Assembly (NCBI GenBank): GCA_051382295.1
Contig: JBBCAW010000062.1
Coordinates: forward strand, 32,001-96,000
Origin: Bdellovibrionota bacterium FG-1
GTDB lineage: Bacteria > Bdellovibrionota > UBA1018
Length of the DNA: 64,000 nucleotides
Direction: 5' to 3'
Part shown: one piece after another, positions 29,055 to 36,375 of the stretch
Numbering within the stretch: the stretch's first letter is position 1
Layout: every line of letters starts with the position of its first letter
Program-made: the position numbers and the translations under genes
Notes under the pieces: model-generated
Told to the model about the DNA's origin: nothing
What the model saw: the letters and a program-made list of their open reading frames with translations, nothing else
Databases searched by the model: none

Positions 29055-30314
29055 CTAACTCAGGTTTTCGAGATAATTTAGGTCTTTTCCAAACGTTTCC
29101 TTCAGTCCGAAAAGAGCAACTGCCGCGATTACGAGCGTGACCGCACCAACGACCATCGCACTCCAGAGCATGGCCAATGGATCTGAGGTGCCGGCCCATC
29201 CTGCCGCGCGGATTAAACCTACCCCCGCTTGAAATGCCAGTGTAACCGGTACGACCGCTCCTCGAACAAAATTAGGTGCGGTGGTTGTAACGGTGGCTCG
29301 TAAATTAGTCCCGAATTGCTCCGAGGCCACTGTCACAAAAACTGCCCAGTAACCGGTAGCAAAACCCAGGGCGGTACAAAGTCCATAGAAGGCCATGGGA
29401 GAGATGCCCCGCAAAGTTCCATAAGCGATGACAAAAGAGGTCGTTAAAAACAAAAAAATTCCCAAAATTTTGCGACGACTTTGAAAATACTGGCTCAAAA
29501 ACCCGCTCGCAAAATCGCCAAAAATCAATCCGATGTAGCAATATTTGATGCTTTGCCCCCCTTTAATGGGACCAGTGACAGCTAAAGCCCGACTGAGTTC
29601 AGGCGAAAACGTAATCAGAATGCCAATCACATACCAGATGGGCACGCCGACCAAAATACAGCACAAATACCGCTGGAACCGTTCACGGTGCGTAAAAAGG
29701 GCGATAAAATCCCCTCTTTTAACGTGGGCATCTGCAGCCATGTGTTCAAACATTCCGGAGTCGCTCAATTGAACTCGCAAAAGCAACAAAAAGAGACCCA
29801 AGCATCCCCCCATCACATAGGCCGCCTGCCAGGATAATGTGTCGCCCACCCAAGCAGCAAACACCGCGCCCGATACGCCCACGGTCGCGACAAGGGTAGC
29901 ACCCCATCCACGAGTTTCTTTAGGCATGATTTCGCTAATCAAAGTGATGGCCGCCCCGAGTTCACCGGCGAGCCCCACTCCCGCCAGAAATCGCAAAAGA
30001 GTATAGGCTGGCACACTGGTCACTAGCGCATTGCCAAGATTTGCCAGGGAGTAGAGAAGGATGGAGCCAAATAAAACCGAGAGTCTACCGCGCTTGTCAC
30101 CGAGTACGCCCCAAAGCACGCCACCCACAAGCATCCCCGCCATCTGCGCATTCAGCAGCCAAACGCCCGTGGAGAGAATCTCACTTTCGGGAGTGCCCAG
30201 TCCTCTGAGGCTCGGCACTCGGACGATACTAAAGAGGACTAAATCGTAAATGTCGACAAAGTAGCCAAGTGAAGCCACCAGAAGGGTAAAGAGAATTTTA
30301 CGACGATCACTCAT
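29055..30314 (-). CDS. MFS transporter
   Basis: Multi-TM protein, GVLGDKRGR motif A, RFLAGVGLAGE. Confidence 0.92.
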   Translation of the reverse strand: MSDRRKILFTLLVASLGYFVDIYDLVLFSIVRVPSLRGLGTPESEILSTGVWLLNAQMAGMLVGGVLWGVLGDKRGRLSVLFGSILLYSLANLGNALVTSVPAYTLLRFLAGVGLAGELGAAITLISEIMPKETRGWGATLVATVGVSGAVFAAWVGDTLSWQAAYVMGGCLGLFLLLLRVQLSDSGMFEHMAADAHVKRGDFIALFTHRERFQRYLCCILVGVPIWYVIGILITFSPELSRALAVTGPIKGGQSIKYCYIGLIFGDFASGFLSQYFQSRRKILGIFLFLTTSFVIAYGTLRGISPMAFYGLCTALGFATGYWAVFVTVASEQFGTNLRATVTTTAPNFVRGAVVPVTLAFQAGVGLIRAAGWAGTSDPLAMLWSAMVVGAVTLVIAAVALFGLKETFGKDLNYLENLS

Positions 30315-30343
30315 GCGGTAGGCATATAGCGGATGTCGGTCAT

Positions 30344-31144
30344 CTACACCTCAAAAAAATCCATCAGCACGGCAAAAGGGGCTTGTTCTGGCGACTTTTC
30401 GACGATTGGCTCGATATCTTGAAGGAGTTGAAGCATCATCGAGCGAATTCGCTCGGCATCGACGCGCGAGATTCCAAACAGGGCCGAATAGTGAAGGGGC
30501 TGACCTTTCGGACTTTCGATCGCACTGAGAGCTTTGACCCGCCAATTGCTATGGTGACGCGGAAGAAGGGGCGATGAAGTCCCGAGATGAATTCGACCGG
30601 TCCCAATGGAAAGCTTGCCGCCCTTTTCTTTAACCAGGCCTCGTTGAATCAAGAAACGGAGCCCCTTTTCAACCAGCTCTGGAGCAAGACCTAACCGCTC
30701 AATGATGGCTTCGCTAGTTTGAGTGCCCGGCAACGCGCTCAGAATGTGAATCGCGCCATACCACCAGGCACTGTAATAAGTGACCTGATCGTCTAAACCG
30801 AGTTCGTTTTTAACCCCGATGCGCTCTTTGACTAACTGGCGTTTTTGCAAAATGGCGTCGGCCTGCGCTTGAAAAAATCGTTCGAGTTCTTTGGACCCTG
30901 CTTTGTCTTTTTGAACCAAGAGCATGAAGAACTGACTTTCTTCAGCGGTGTGCCTGAAAAACTCTGAGGTTTTTAGCGCATGTTCCAGACTCAATTGCGA
31001 CTTTCCACTCAGGACCTGCGACACAAACGAGGTCTGGCACTGAAGATGTCGCGCAAGGCGCGCCCGTCCCCCTTTTTGCAGGGTCTCTTGGTTCATTTGG
31101 GCGATGAGGTAGTCTCGATAATGATTAAAATCAAAGAGGGCCAT
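30344..31144 (-). CDS. TIGR02147/DUF4423-family putative DNA-binding protein
   Basis: N-terminal YRDYL and XRE-like HTH (LARHLQCQTSFVSQVLSGK), YYSAWWY, C-terminal ...DFF. Confidence 0.85.
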   Translation of the reverse strand: MALFDFNHYRDYLIAQMNQETLQKGGRARLARHLQCQTSFVSQVLSGKSQLSLEHALKTSEFFRHTAEESQFFMLLVQKDKAGSKELERFFQAQADAILQKRQLVKERIGVKNELGLDDQVTYYSAWWYGAIHILSALPGTQTSEAIIERLGLAPELVEKGLRFLIQRGLVKEKGGKLSIGTGRIHLGTSSPLLPRHHSNWRVKALSAIESPKGQPLHYSALFGISRVDAERIRSMMLQLLQDIEPIVEKSPEQAPFAVLMDFFEV

Positions 31145-31271
31145 ATTAAGTAATTACTACCTGATTGCGTTAATTTTTCACTACATTTATCTATCGAGCT
31201 TAAAAAATTCAAAGCAAACTCATTTCAAGAAGAGCATTGACCACTTGGATAACAGGGGAGAAAACACGATT

Positions 31272-32297
31272 ATGGGCATCTGGAAAAATGGATTGGGAAT
31301 CGCAGCAGTTTCACTGGGCCTTTTGATGGGGCTAAACGCTCATGCGGGCGTAGGGACAAGTGGCGGGGGTGCCGTCGCGGTTTGTCGAGATGCAGCTGGA
31401 CATATTCAATCGGCAGAATTACTAGATCTGTACGAGGGCAAGGTCAGGTTTGGAATGACGATTGATCAGTCCGCAACCGACCCAAACCAGGGGTTTTTAC
31501 GGGCGGTCTCTCGCTTTGTAGACCAACCTTATTACGGAGCCTTGATCCGCGAATCCGCCAAAGACGTGCTCGAACGAATGGTGTTTTTGCCACCAGGAGT
31601 GGGACTTTCGCCGGGAGTGGACCTCGGAAACGACTACGGTGTGGTGATTCCAGATGGGTGTCGCCTCGAGTATGTGGGCTACTACGAATCGGATGGGACG
31701 CTCAAGGTTGCGCAGCCCGTTTACCGAGCCTTAAGTGCGACTGATCGCGCGGCTTTTGTGATCCACGAAGCGGTTTACAAAATCGCGAGAGAATACCTCG
31801 GCCAAACCGATTCGAGCCATTCACGGAAATTTACGGCGGCCCTTTTTGCGGGGAATAATTCGGAGGGGGATCTGATTCATTTGGCGCAGGAGGTGTTTCC
31901 GATTCAAGAAGGTGATTCTCTCATTGTTCTTCCCAAAAACCTTTCTCATTCAATTGAGGTGATCCAAACCCCACAAGACAGCCAGGTTCTAATACACTAC
32001 AGTCTGGACTGTTTCGCGGATACTAAAGCCACCGAATTAACCCCATTAGAAAGTACGGATTGGGTAGGTAAAGGAAAGAATAAGTTAACCCTCAATCCGA
32101 CCCAACAATGCCGACGGATCGAATTTAGGCTCTATGCGAAAGAGATGGGTTATCACTCTGTCGCTTATAATTTTCAGGTCTTTTATGGGGGAAACTTGAT
32201 CGATATCGGCGAAGTAGCTGCCAATCTTTCGACCTATGCCCACGTCATCCGTTTCGCCACCAACGTTCAAGTCCCCGCCATCCCAACCCTGCCATAG
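31272..32297 (+). CDS. Secreted hypothetical protein with N-terminal GGG motif
   Basis: Signal peptide ending AHA, mature start GVGTSGGG, LLDLYEG, IHEAVY; GGGGAG SD before ATG 31272. Confidence 0.85.
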   Translation: MGIWKNGLGIAAVSLGLLMGLNAHAGVGTSGGGAVAVCRDAAGHIQSAELLDLYEGKVRFGMTIDQSATDPNQGFLRAVSRFVDQPYYGALIRESAKDVLERMVFLPPGVGLSPGVDLGNDYGVVIPDGCRLEYVGYYESDGTLKVAQPVYRALSATDRAAFVIHEAVYKIAREYLGQTDSSHSRKFTAALFAGNNSEGDLIHLAQEVFPIQEGDSLIVLPKNLSHSIEVIQTPQDSQVLIHYSLDCFADTKATELTPLESTDWVGKGKNKLTLNPTQQCRRIEFRLYAKEMGYHSVAYNFQVFYGGNLIDIGEVAANLSTYAHVIRFATNVQVPAIPTLP

Positions 32298-32372
32298 GGA
32301 TCACCCAACCGAAGCGCGTCCTCCACCATGAGGGCTCCGGGTTGACTAGCACGCTGTACCCGCGAACCTCCC

Positions 32373-32510
32373 CTAGCTTCGGTCTAAGTGACTGGAAACG
32401 AAATCGATAAGAAAAACCAGAAGTTTCCAGATCAGTAAAAATAGTGCGGATCTGAACTTCAGTTTTTCATACCGACGCCGAGAAGAATAACATGTTCTTT
32501 TATTCTTCAT
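32373..32510 (-). CDS. 45-aa basic/hydrophobic peptide, candidate type I toxin (MKNKRTCYSSRRRYEKLKFRSALFLLIWKLLVFLIDFVSSHLDRS)
   Basis: Hand-translated. AGAGGTG SD 4 nt before ATG; the frame is conserved in all three repeats. Confidence 0.75.
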   Translation of the reverse strand: MKNKRTCYSSRRRYEKLKFRSALFLLIWKLLVFLIDFVSSHLDRS

Positions 32511-32513
32511 AAG

Positions 32514-32553
32514 GCACCTCTCTTTCTATCAGGAAGGGAGGTGTTTTCCTTTT
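32514..32553 (+). terminator. Terminator-like hairpin antisense to the peptide RBS (R1; identical at 34421-34460 and 34874-34913)
   Basis: CACCTCTCTTTCT-ATC-AGGAAGGGAGGTG 13-bp stem with two G-U pairs on the + strand, followed by TTTTCCTTTT. Confidence 0.65.
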
Positions 32554-32587
32554 CACGCGCGCCTCGGTTGGGCTGGGTGGATCCTAA

Positions 32588-32603
32588 AGCAAGGTCAGTG
32601 CCG
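32588..32603 (-). promoter_or_regulatory. Sigma-54 promoter of repeat R1
   Basis: Minus strand CGGCAC-TGACC-TTGCT; predicted +1 near 32577, the edge of the conserved core. Confidence 0.72.
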
Positions 32604-32937
32604 GAAAAAGATGCAAAAAATGGCGATTTTTGAGCAAGATCTGTTCGAATTTCGGATCAAAGTGGGGAATCCGGACTTCATTACTGAAACTTCAGTAGGC
32701 AGTGCTCATCACCGCCGCTGCGGCTCACTATTACCCACATGAGGAGTTTGCGCATTTGTCACTTCGAGATTCGGGAGTCCCAGATCGTTTCGTGAACGTT
32801 TTAAATGCACAAGCACCTGCAATGGGTTAACAAACTCACTTAAAACCTGAAACGTTTCCTCCTGTCCACTTACCAAGGGTGAGCTAAGCGCCTAATCATT
32901 CAATAACTATTTGTTTTAATAATGATTTACATACCTA

Positions 32938-32966
32938 TTGCACCATACAATATTGTATCATACTAT
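32938..32966 (+). promoter_or_regulatory. Sigma-70-type promoter with palindromic operator
   Basis: TTGCAC-17 bp-TACTAT. The spacer contains the perfect 14-bp palindrome ATACAATATTGTAT (32945-32958). Confidence 0.7.
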
Positions 32967-32973
32967 ATATCTC

Positions 32974-33510
32974 ATGGACGTTCATACAACTCTCAATCAG
33001 TTCGATGAATACCTCGCACAAAGAGGACAAGCCTTTGAAGCCGTTGTCATTGGTGGCGCTGCCCTCATCGTCATGGGGATCATCAGCCGGGATACGATTG
33101 ACGTAGATTGCCTTGATCCAAAAATTCCAGATGAAATTCTGAAACATGCAGCAAATTTTAGAACATCCGCTCCCAATCTTAGACTCCATGAAAAATGGAT
33201 CAACAATGGTCCAGATTCTCTAATTCGAGACTTACCCCATGATTGGCGAACCAGGCTCGTTCCAATTTTTAAGGGAGAATCACTTCATCTTCTTACCTTA
33301 GGTCGACTGGACCTCCTAAAAACAAAACTCTTTGCCTTTTGTGATCGTGATCAAGACCTGCAAGATTGTATGGCATTTAAACCTACTCAAAAAGAACTAG
33401 ACTCCTGCATAGATTGGGTTTCACAGCGAGATGGAAACCCAAACTGGCCCGAAAATGTTCGCCGCCATTTTGAGATCCTCAAAAAGAGACTAGGTCATGA
33501 TCAAACCTAA
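32974..33510 (+). CDS. DUF6036-like nucleotidyltransferase-fold protein
   Basis: VIGGAAL...SRDTIDVD (GG..A / T.D.D NTase signature), DLLKTKL..F.DRDQD..D. ATG 32974 is preferred over the TTG inside the promoter. Confidence 0.8.
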   Translation: MDVHTTLNQFDEYLAQRGQAFEAVVIGGAALIVMGIISRDTIDVDCLDPKIPDEILKHAANFRTSAPNLRLHEKWINNGPDSLIRDLPHDWRTRLVPIFKGESLHLLTLGRLDLLKTKLFAFCDRDQDLQDCMAFKPTQKELDSCIDWVSQRDGNPNWPENVRRHFEILKKRLGHDQT

Positions 33511-34180
33511 CCATGACCTTTCACTCAATCAAAAACTTGCCTCAATCGGCTTTCGAATCAATTATGATTCGCTCGGGTTGAAGTTAAAAAATCTTTCGTT
33601 ACTAGAAAATGCCGACCTTGAAGAAACCCTCATTCACGCAGCCTTTGAAGCAAAAACTGATTTTAGAACTCTATCCATTCTCTTAAGCTGGATTACCGTG
33701 CACGCCGATTACGTGATTGTTGAGAAATTTTTAAAAAAAATAAAATTATTTGAAAAGATCCATGGGGTAAACCGCGTTCTTGATCTCATGGCCGCGCACG
33801 CCGTAATAAACGGCAGCCATAAATGGAAAAAAGCCATCCGAACGCATGTGAAACGTCCCGAGTTTCCAGTCGACCCCGAATTACTTAAAACTTCAATTGA
33901 ATTTCAAGGGGCCGATGATACACTCAAGAAATTTGGAATTTTAATTCCGAAAAAACTCCTCCGAATTCGAACCAGCGATGTTCTACAGCCAGCAGAACTT
34001 TCCACCATTAACCCCCAATATCGCAACCGGCTTCTTTTTGGCGCTTCCTGGCGCTCCGACATTATTACAGCCATTGAGGCTGGAATAAAAAACCCCAATC
34101 AGATCTCCAAAATGCTGGGCTGCTCCTATGAGCCCGCCTATCGCATCTTCAAAGATTACCGAGCGGCACATGGAATCTAA
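33497..34180 (+). CDS. Hypothetical protein with C-terminal HTH, partner of the nucleotidyltransferase
   Basis: Overlaps the upstream gene by 14 bp; C-terminal NPNQISKMLGCSYEPAYRI is HTH-like. Confidence 0.75.
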   Translation: MIKPNHDLSLNQKLASIGFRINYDSLGLKLKNLSLLENADLEETLIHAAFEAKTDFRTLSILLSWITVHADYVIVEKFLKKIKLFEKIHGVNRVLDLMAAHAVINGSHKWKKAIRTHVKRPEFPVDPELLKTSIEFQGADDTLKKFGILIPKKLLRIRTSDVLQPAELSTINPQYRNRLLFGASWRSDIITAIEAGIKNPNQISKMLGCSYEPAYRIFKDYRAAHGI

Positions 34181-34279
34181 AACAACAACTTTTTTGTAGT
34201 TTTAAAATCACCCAACCGAGCCGCGTCCTCCGCCATGAGGGCTCCGGGTTGACTAACACGCTGTACCCGCGAACCTCCC

Positions 34280-34417
34280 CTAGCTTTGGTCTAAGTGGCT
34301 GGAAACGAAATCGATAAGAAAAACCAGAAGTTTGCAGATCAGTAAAAATAGTGCGGATCTGAACTTCAGCTTTTCATACCGATGCCGAGAAGAATAATAG
34401 TACTTCTTATTCTTCAT
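34280..34417 (-). CDS. 45-aa peptide, candidate type I toxin (MKNKKYYYSSRHRYEKLKFRSALFLLICKLLVFLIDFVSSHLDQS)
   Basis: Hand-translated; same SD. Outside the loop it has two synonymous changes versus R1 (AAA/AAG, AGT/AGC) and three missense changes. Confidence 0.75.
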   Translation of the reverse strand: MKNKKYYYSSRHRYEKLKFRSALFLLICKLLVFLIDFVSSHLDQS

Positions 34418-34494
34418 AAGGCACCTCTCTTTCTATCAGGAAGGGAGGTGTTTTCCTTTTCACGCGCGCCTCGGTTGGGCTGGGCGTATCTCAA

Positions 34495-34510
34495 AGCAAA
34501 GTCAGTGCCA
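34495..34510 (-). promoter_or_regulatory. Sigma-54 promoter of repeat R2
   Basis: Minus strand TGGCAC-TGACT-TTGCT, a full consensus match; predicted +1 near 34484. Confidence 0.78.
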
Positions 34511-34729
34511 TGAAAAGGCGCAAAAATCGGCGATTTTCAAGCAAAAGCTGTTCAGACTTCGGATCACGACGGGGAATCCGGACTTCATTGCTGAAACTTC
34601 AATAGGCAGCGCTGATCACCGCCGCTGCGGCGCTAGGGTTTTGATCACTATCTAAAATCACCCAACCGAGCCGCGTCCTCCGCCATGAGGGCTCCGGGTT
34701 GACTAACACGCTGTACCCGCGAACCTCCC

Positions 34730-34870
34730 CTAGCTTTGGTCTAAGTGGCTGGAAACGAAATCGATAAGAAAAACCAGAAGTTTGCAGATCAGTAAAAATA
34801 GTGCGGATCTGAACTTCAGCTTTTCATACCGATGCCGAGAAGAATAGTACTTGGACTTCTTATTCTTCAT
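34730..34870 (-). CDS. 46-aa peptide, candidate type I toxin (MKNKKSKYYSSRHRYEKLKFRSALFLLICKLLVFLIDFVSSHLDQS)
   Basis: Hand-translated. The only length difference among the cores is +3 nt, which preserves the frame. Confidence 0.75.
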   Translation of the reverse strand: MKNKKSKYYSSRHRYEKLKFRSALFLLICKLLVFLIDFVSSHLDQS

Positions 34871-34947
34871 AAGGCACCTCTCTTTCTATCAGGAAGGGAG
34901 GTGTTTTCCTTTTCACGCGCGCCTCGGTTGGGCTGGGCGGATCCCAA

Positions 34948-34963
34948 AGCAAAGTCGGTGCCG
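34948..34963 (-). promoter_or_regulatory. Sigma-54 promoter of repeat R3
   Basis: Minus strand CGGCAC-CGACT-TTGCT; predicted +1 near 34937. Confidence 0.72.
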
Positions 34964-35101
34964 TAAAATATGCCAAAGACAGGCAAATTTCCGGCGAGAG
35001 CTGTTCAGAATTCGGATCGGAGTGGGGAATCCGGACTTCATTGCTGAAACCTCGATAGCCGGCTCTACTCACCACCACTGCGGCTCACTATGACCCACCT
35101 A

Positions 35102-35148
35102 AAAACCGGGTTATAATTGCATTGACATTACACTTATAACCCGGTTTT
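35102..35148 (+). promoter_or_regulatory. Perfect 15-bp inverted repeat enclosing a TTGACA -35 box
   Basis: AAAACCGGGTTATAA-17 bp-TTATAACCCGGTTTT; TTGACA at 35122-35127. Confidence 0.7.
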
Positions 35149-35157
35149 ATAAAAGAA

Positions 35158-35522
35158 ATGCGCTCATTTACGCTCGAGATCGCTTCTTCCTATTTTCCGC
35201 AAAAAACTCAAACAATGGCCCGCCATTTGCTTTTGGGGACCTCGCACGTGAACTCATCGAACTTTCCGCTATACTGAATCAACCAACCGTGGCCGAATTT
35301 GCAAAAAACACCGGCGTACAAGCAAGACGAATTCAAAATCACTTAGATGCTTTAGAAGATCTTTTTGTCCTTTATCGGATAGAATTTTGTTCTTTGTCGG
35401 TTGGAAAAACCCGATACATTCCCTTTGAGTGCGGCGTTGTTGAGCATTTCAAGGCAACCGATGAGCCCAGTCAAAATCTAAAACCTGGAGTAAACGTCCT
35501 GCCCTGGCGGGAAATTTTCTAG
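35158..35522 (+). pseudogene. Degraded AAA_14/DUF4143-type ATPase remnant
   Basis: Frameshifted N-terminus AHLRSRSLLPIFRKKLKQWPAICFWGPR breaks off inside the GPRQ.GKT Walker A. It is followed by an HTH-like fragment (AEFAKNTGVQARRIQNHLDALEDLFVL) and a terminal ..VLPW; large deletions are implied. Confidence 0.65.
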
Positions 35523-35544
35523 AGGTTTCAACGAAGACATAATA

Positions 35545-36375
35545 ATGAAAACCCACATTCGAAACCCCCTCAAACCCAAAGCGCTTTCCAAAAAGCTTCT
35601 CCTTTCGGTTCAATTCAAAAACGTTGAAGCCTCATCGAGTGGCTGGCTTGGGGATTTTGATAAATACACGTTCAAAGACCAAAACGGGTCCGAATACCTC
35701 ATTAAGGTCGGCCAGGACAAAGCTAAAAACCTTCCCGAAGTTGAGTTTTTAAGTAATCAAATATCTAGCATCCTTGGAGTCGAAGTCGCGGATTTTGGTC
35801 TATGGACCGTCGATGGAAAAAAAGCGTTTGCAACCAAGGATTTTCTTAAAAATAATCCGAAAATCCCAGAAACCGCCGGCCTCATCCATTTTAAACGCTA
35901 TTTCAAAACCAGCGGTCGCTGGGCCTGCGAAGACATCCTCGACCTCTTAAAAAAACAATCGAGCAGGTCAGCGCACGATATTCGACAATTCATCCGCCTG
36001 ACCTTGGTCGACGCCCTTATCGGCAACACCGACCGCCATGCCTATAATTTAGCCTTTATCCACGAAGACAGTCATCTTTACCTGAGTCCCATTTATGACA
36101 CCGTCAGCGTTTTCGTGGCCGTCGATCGAGACCCATACGAGGATTTTATTGACACCTGCAAAATCGGCACAAAAGATCAGGATACGGCGAGATTCGAAGA
36201 CTATCTAACAGAGTTTAAACGGCTAGGGTTCGCAAAGGAGGTCACGGTCGTCTTAACGGCCATGACGTCCAAAAAAAATAAAATTTTTGCCTTGATTCAA
36301 AAGTCAAAACTTCCCCTCATCAAAAAAGAGTACTGGTGCGACCGAATCAATAAAACAATCAAGAGCCTCAAATGA
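35545..36375 (+). CDS. HipA-family kinase domain protein (HipT-like)
   Basis: YLIK, E.L, DALIGNTDRHAYN, LSPIYD kinase motifs. Confidence 0.88.
   Translation: MKTHIRNPLKPKALSKKLLLSVQFKNVEASSSGWLGDFDKYTFKDQNGSEYLIKVGQDKAKNLPEVEFLSNQISSILGVEVADFGLWTVDGKKAFATKDFLKNNPKIPETAGLIHFKRYFKTSGRWACEDILDLLKKQSSRSAHDIRQFIRLTLVDALIGNTDRHAYNLAFIHEDSHLYLSPIYDTVSVFVAVDRDPYEDFIDTCKIGTKDQDTARFEDYLTEFKRLGFAKEVTVVLTAMTSKKNKIFALIQKSKLPLIKKEYWCDRINKTIKSLK

Larger units (their letters stand above)
32300..32738. repeat. Long direct repeat copy R1 (~440 bp: 278-bp conserved core plus ~160-bp divergent promoter segment)
   Basis: Aligns by eye to 34207-34651 and 34657-35098. The core differs from R2/R3 by about 9 substitutions plus one loop. 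Confidence 0.97.
34207..34651. repeat. Long direct repeat copy R2
   Basis: Core 34207-34484 is identical to the R3 core except the hypervariable loop; tandem with R3 at a 450-bp period. Confidence 0.97.
34657..35098. repeat. Long direct repeat copy R3
   Basis: Core 34657-34937; shares the terminal CGGCTCACTAT.ACCCAC with R1. Confidence 0.97.

Noticed and set aside
34860..35078. 72-aa minus-strand ORF overlapping the peptide start (mok-like leader?)
   Set aside because: The same frame has an early TGA in R1, and it begins upstream of the predicted start site.
34851..35093. 80-aa + strand ORF in R3 (the frame is also stop-free over much of R1 and R2)
   Set aside because: The TTG start lies in the R3-specific loop and is absent from the other copies. 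Differences between copies are mostly non-synonymous and the stop positions differ.
32300..35098. Repeats as a CRISPR array, retron msr-msd, IscB/TnpB omega-RNA or integron attC sites
   Set aside because: Units are ~440 bp with no short repeat-spacer period. There is no cas, reverse transcriptase, IscB/TnpB, transposase or integrase gene in the window, and no RYYYAAC/GTTRRRY attC ends. A MITE origin is not fully excluded.
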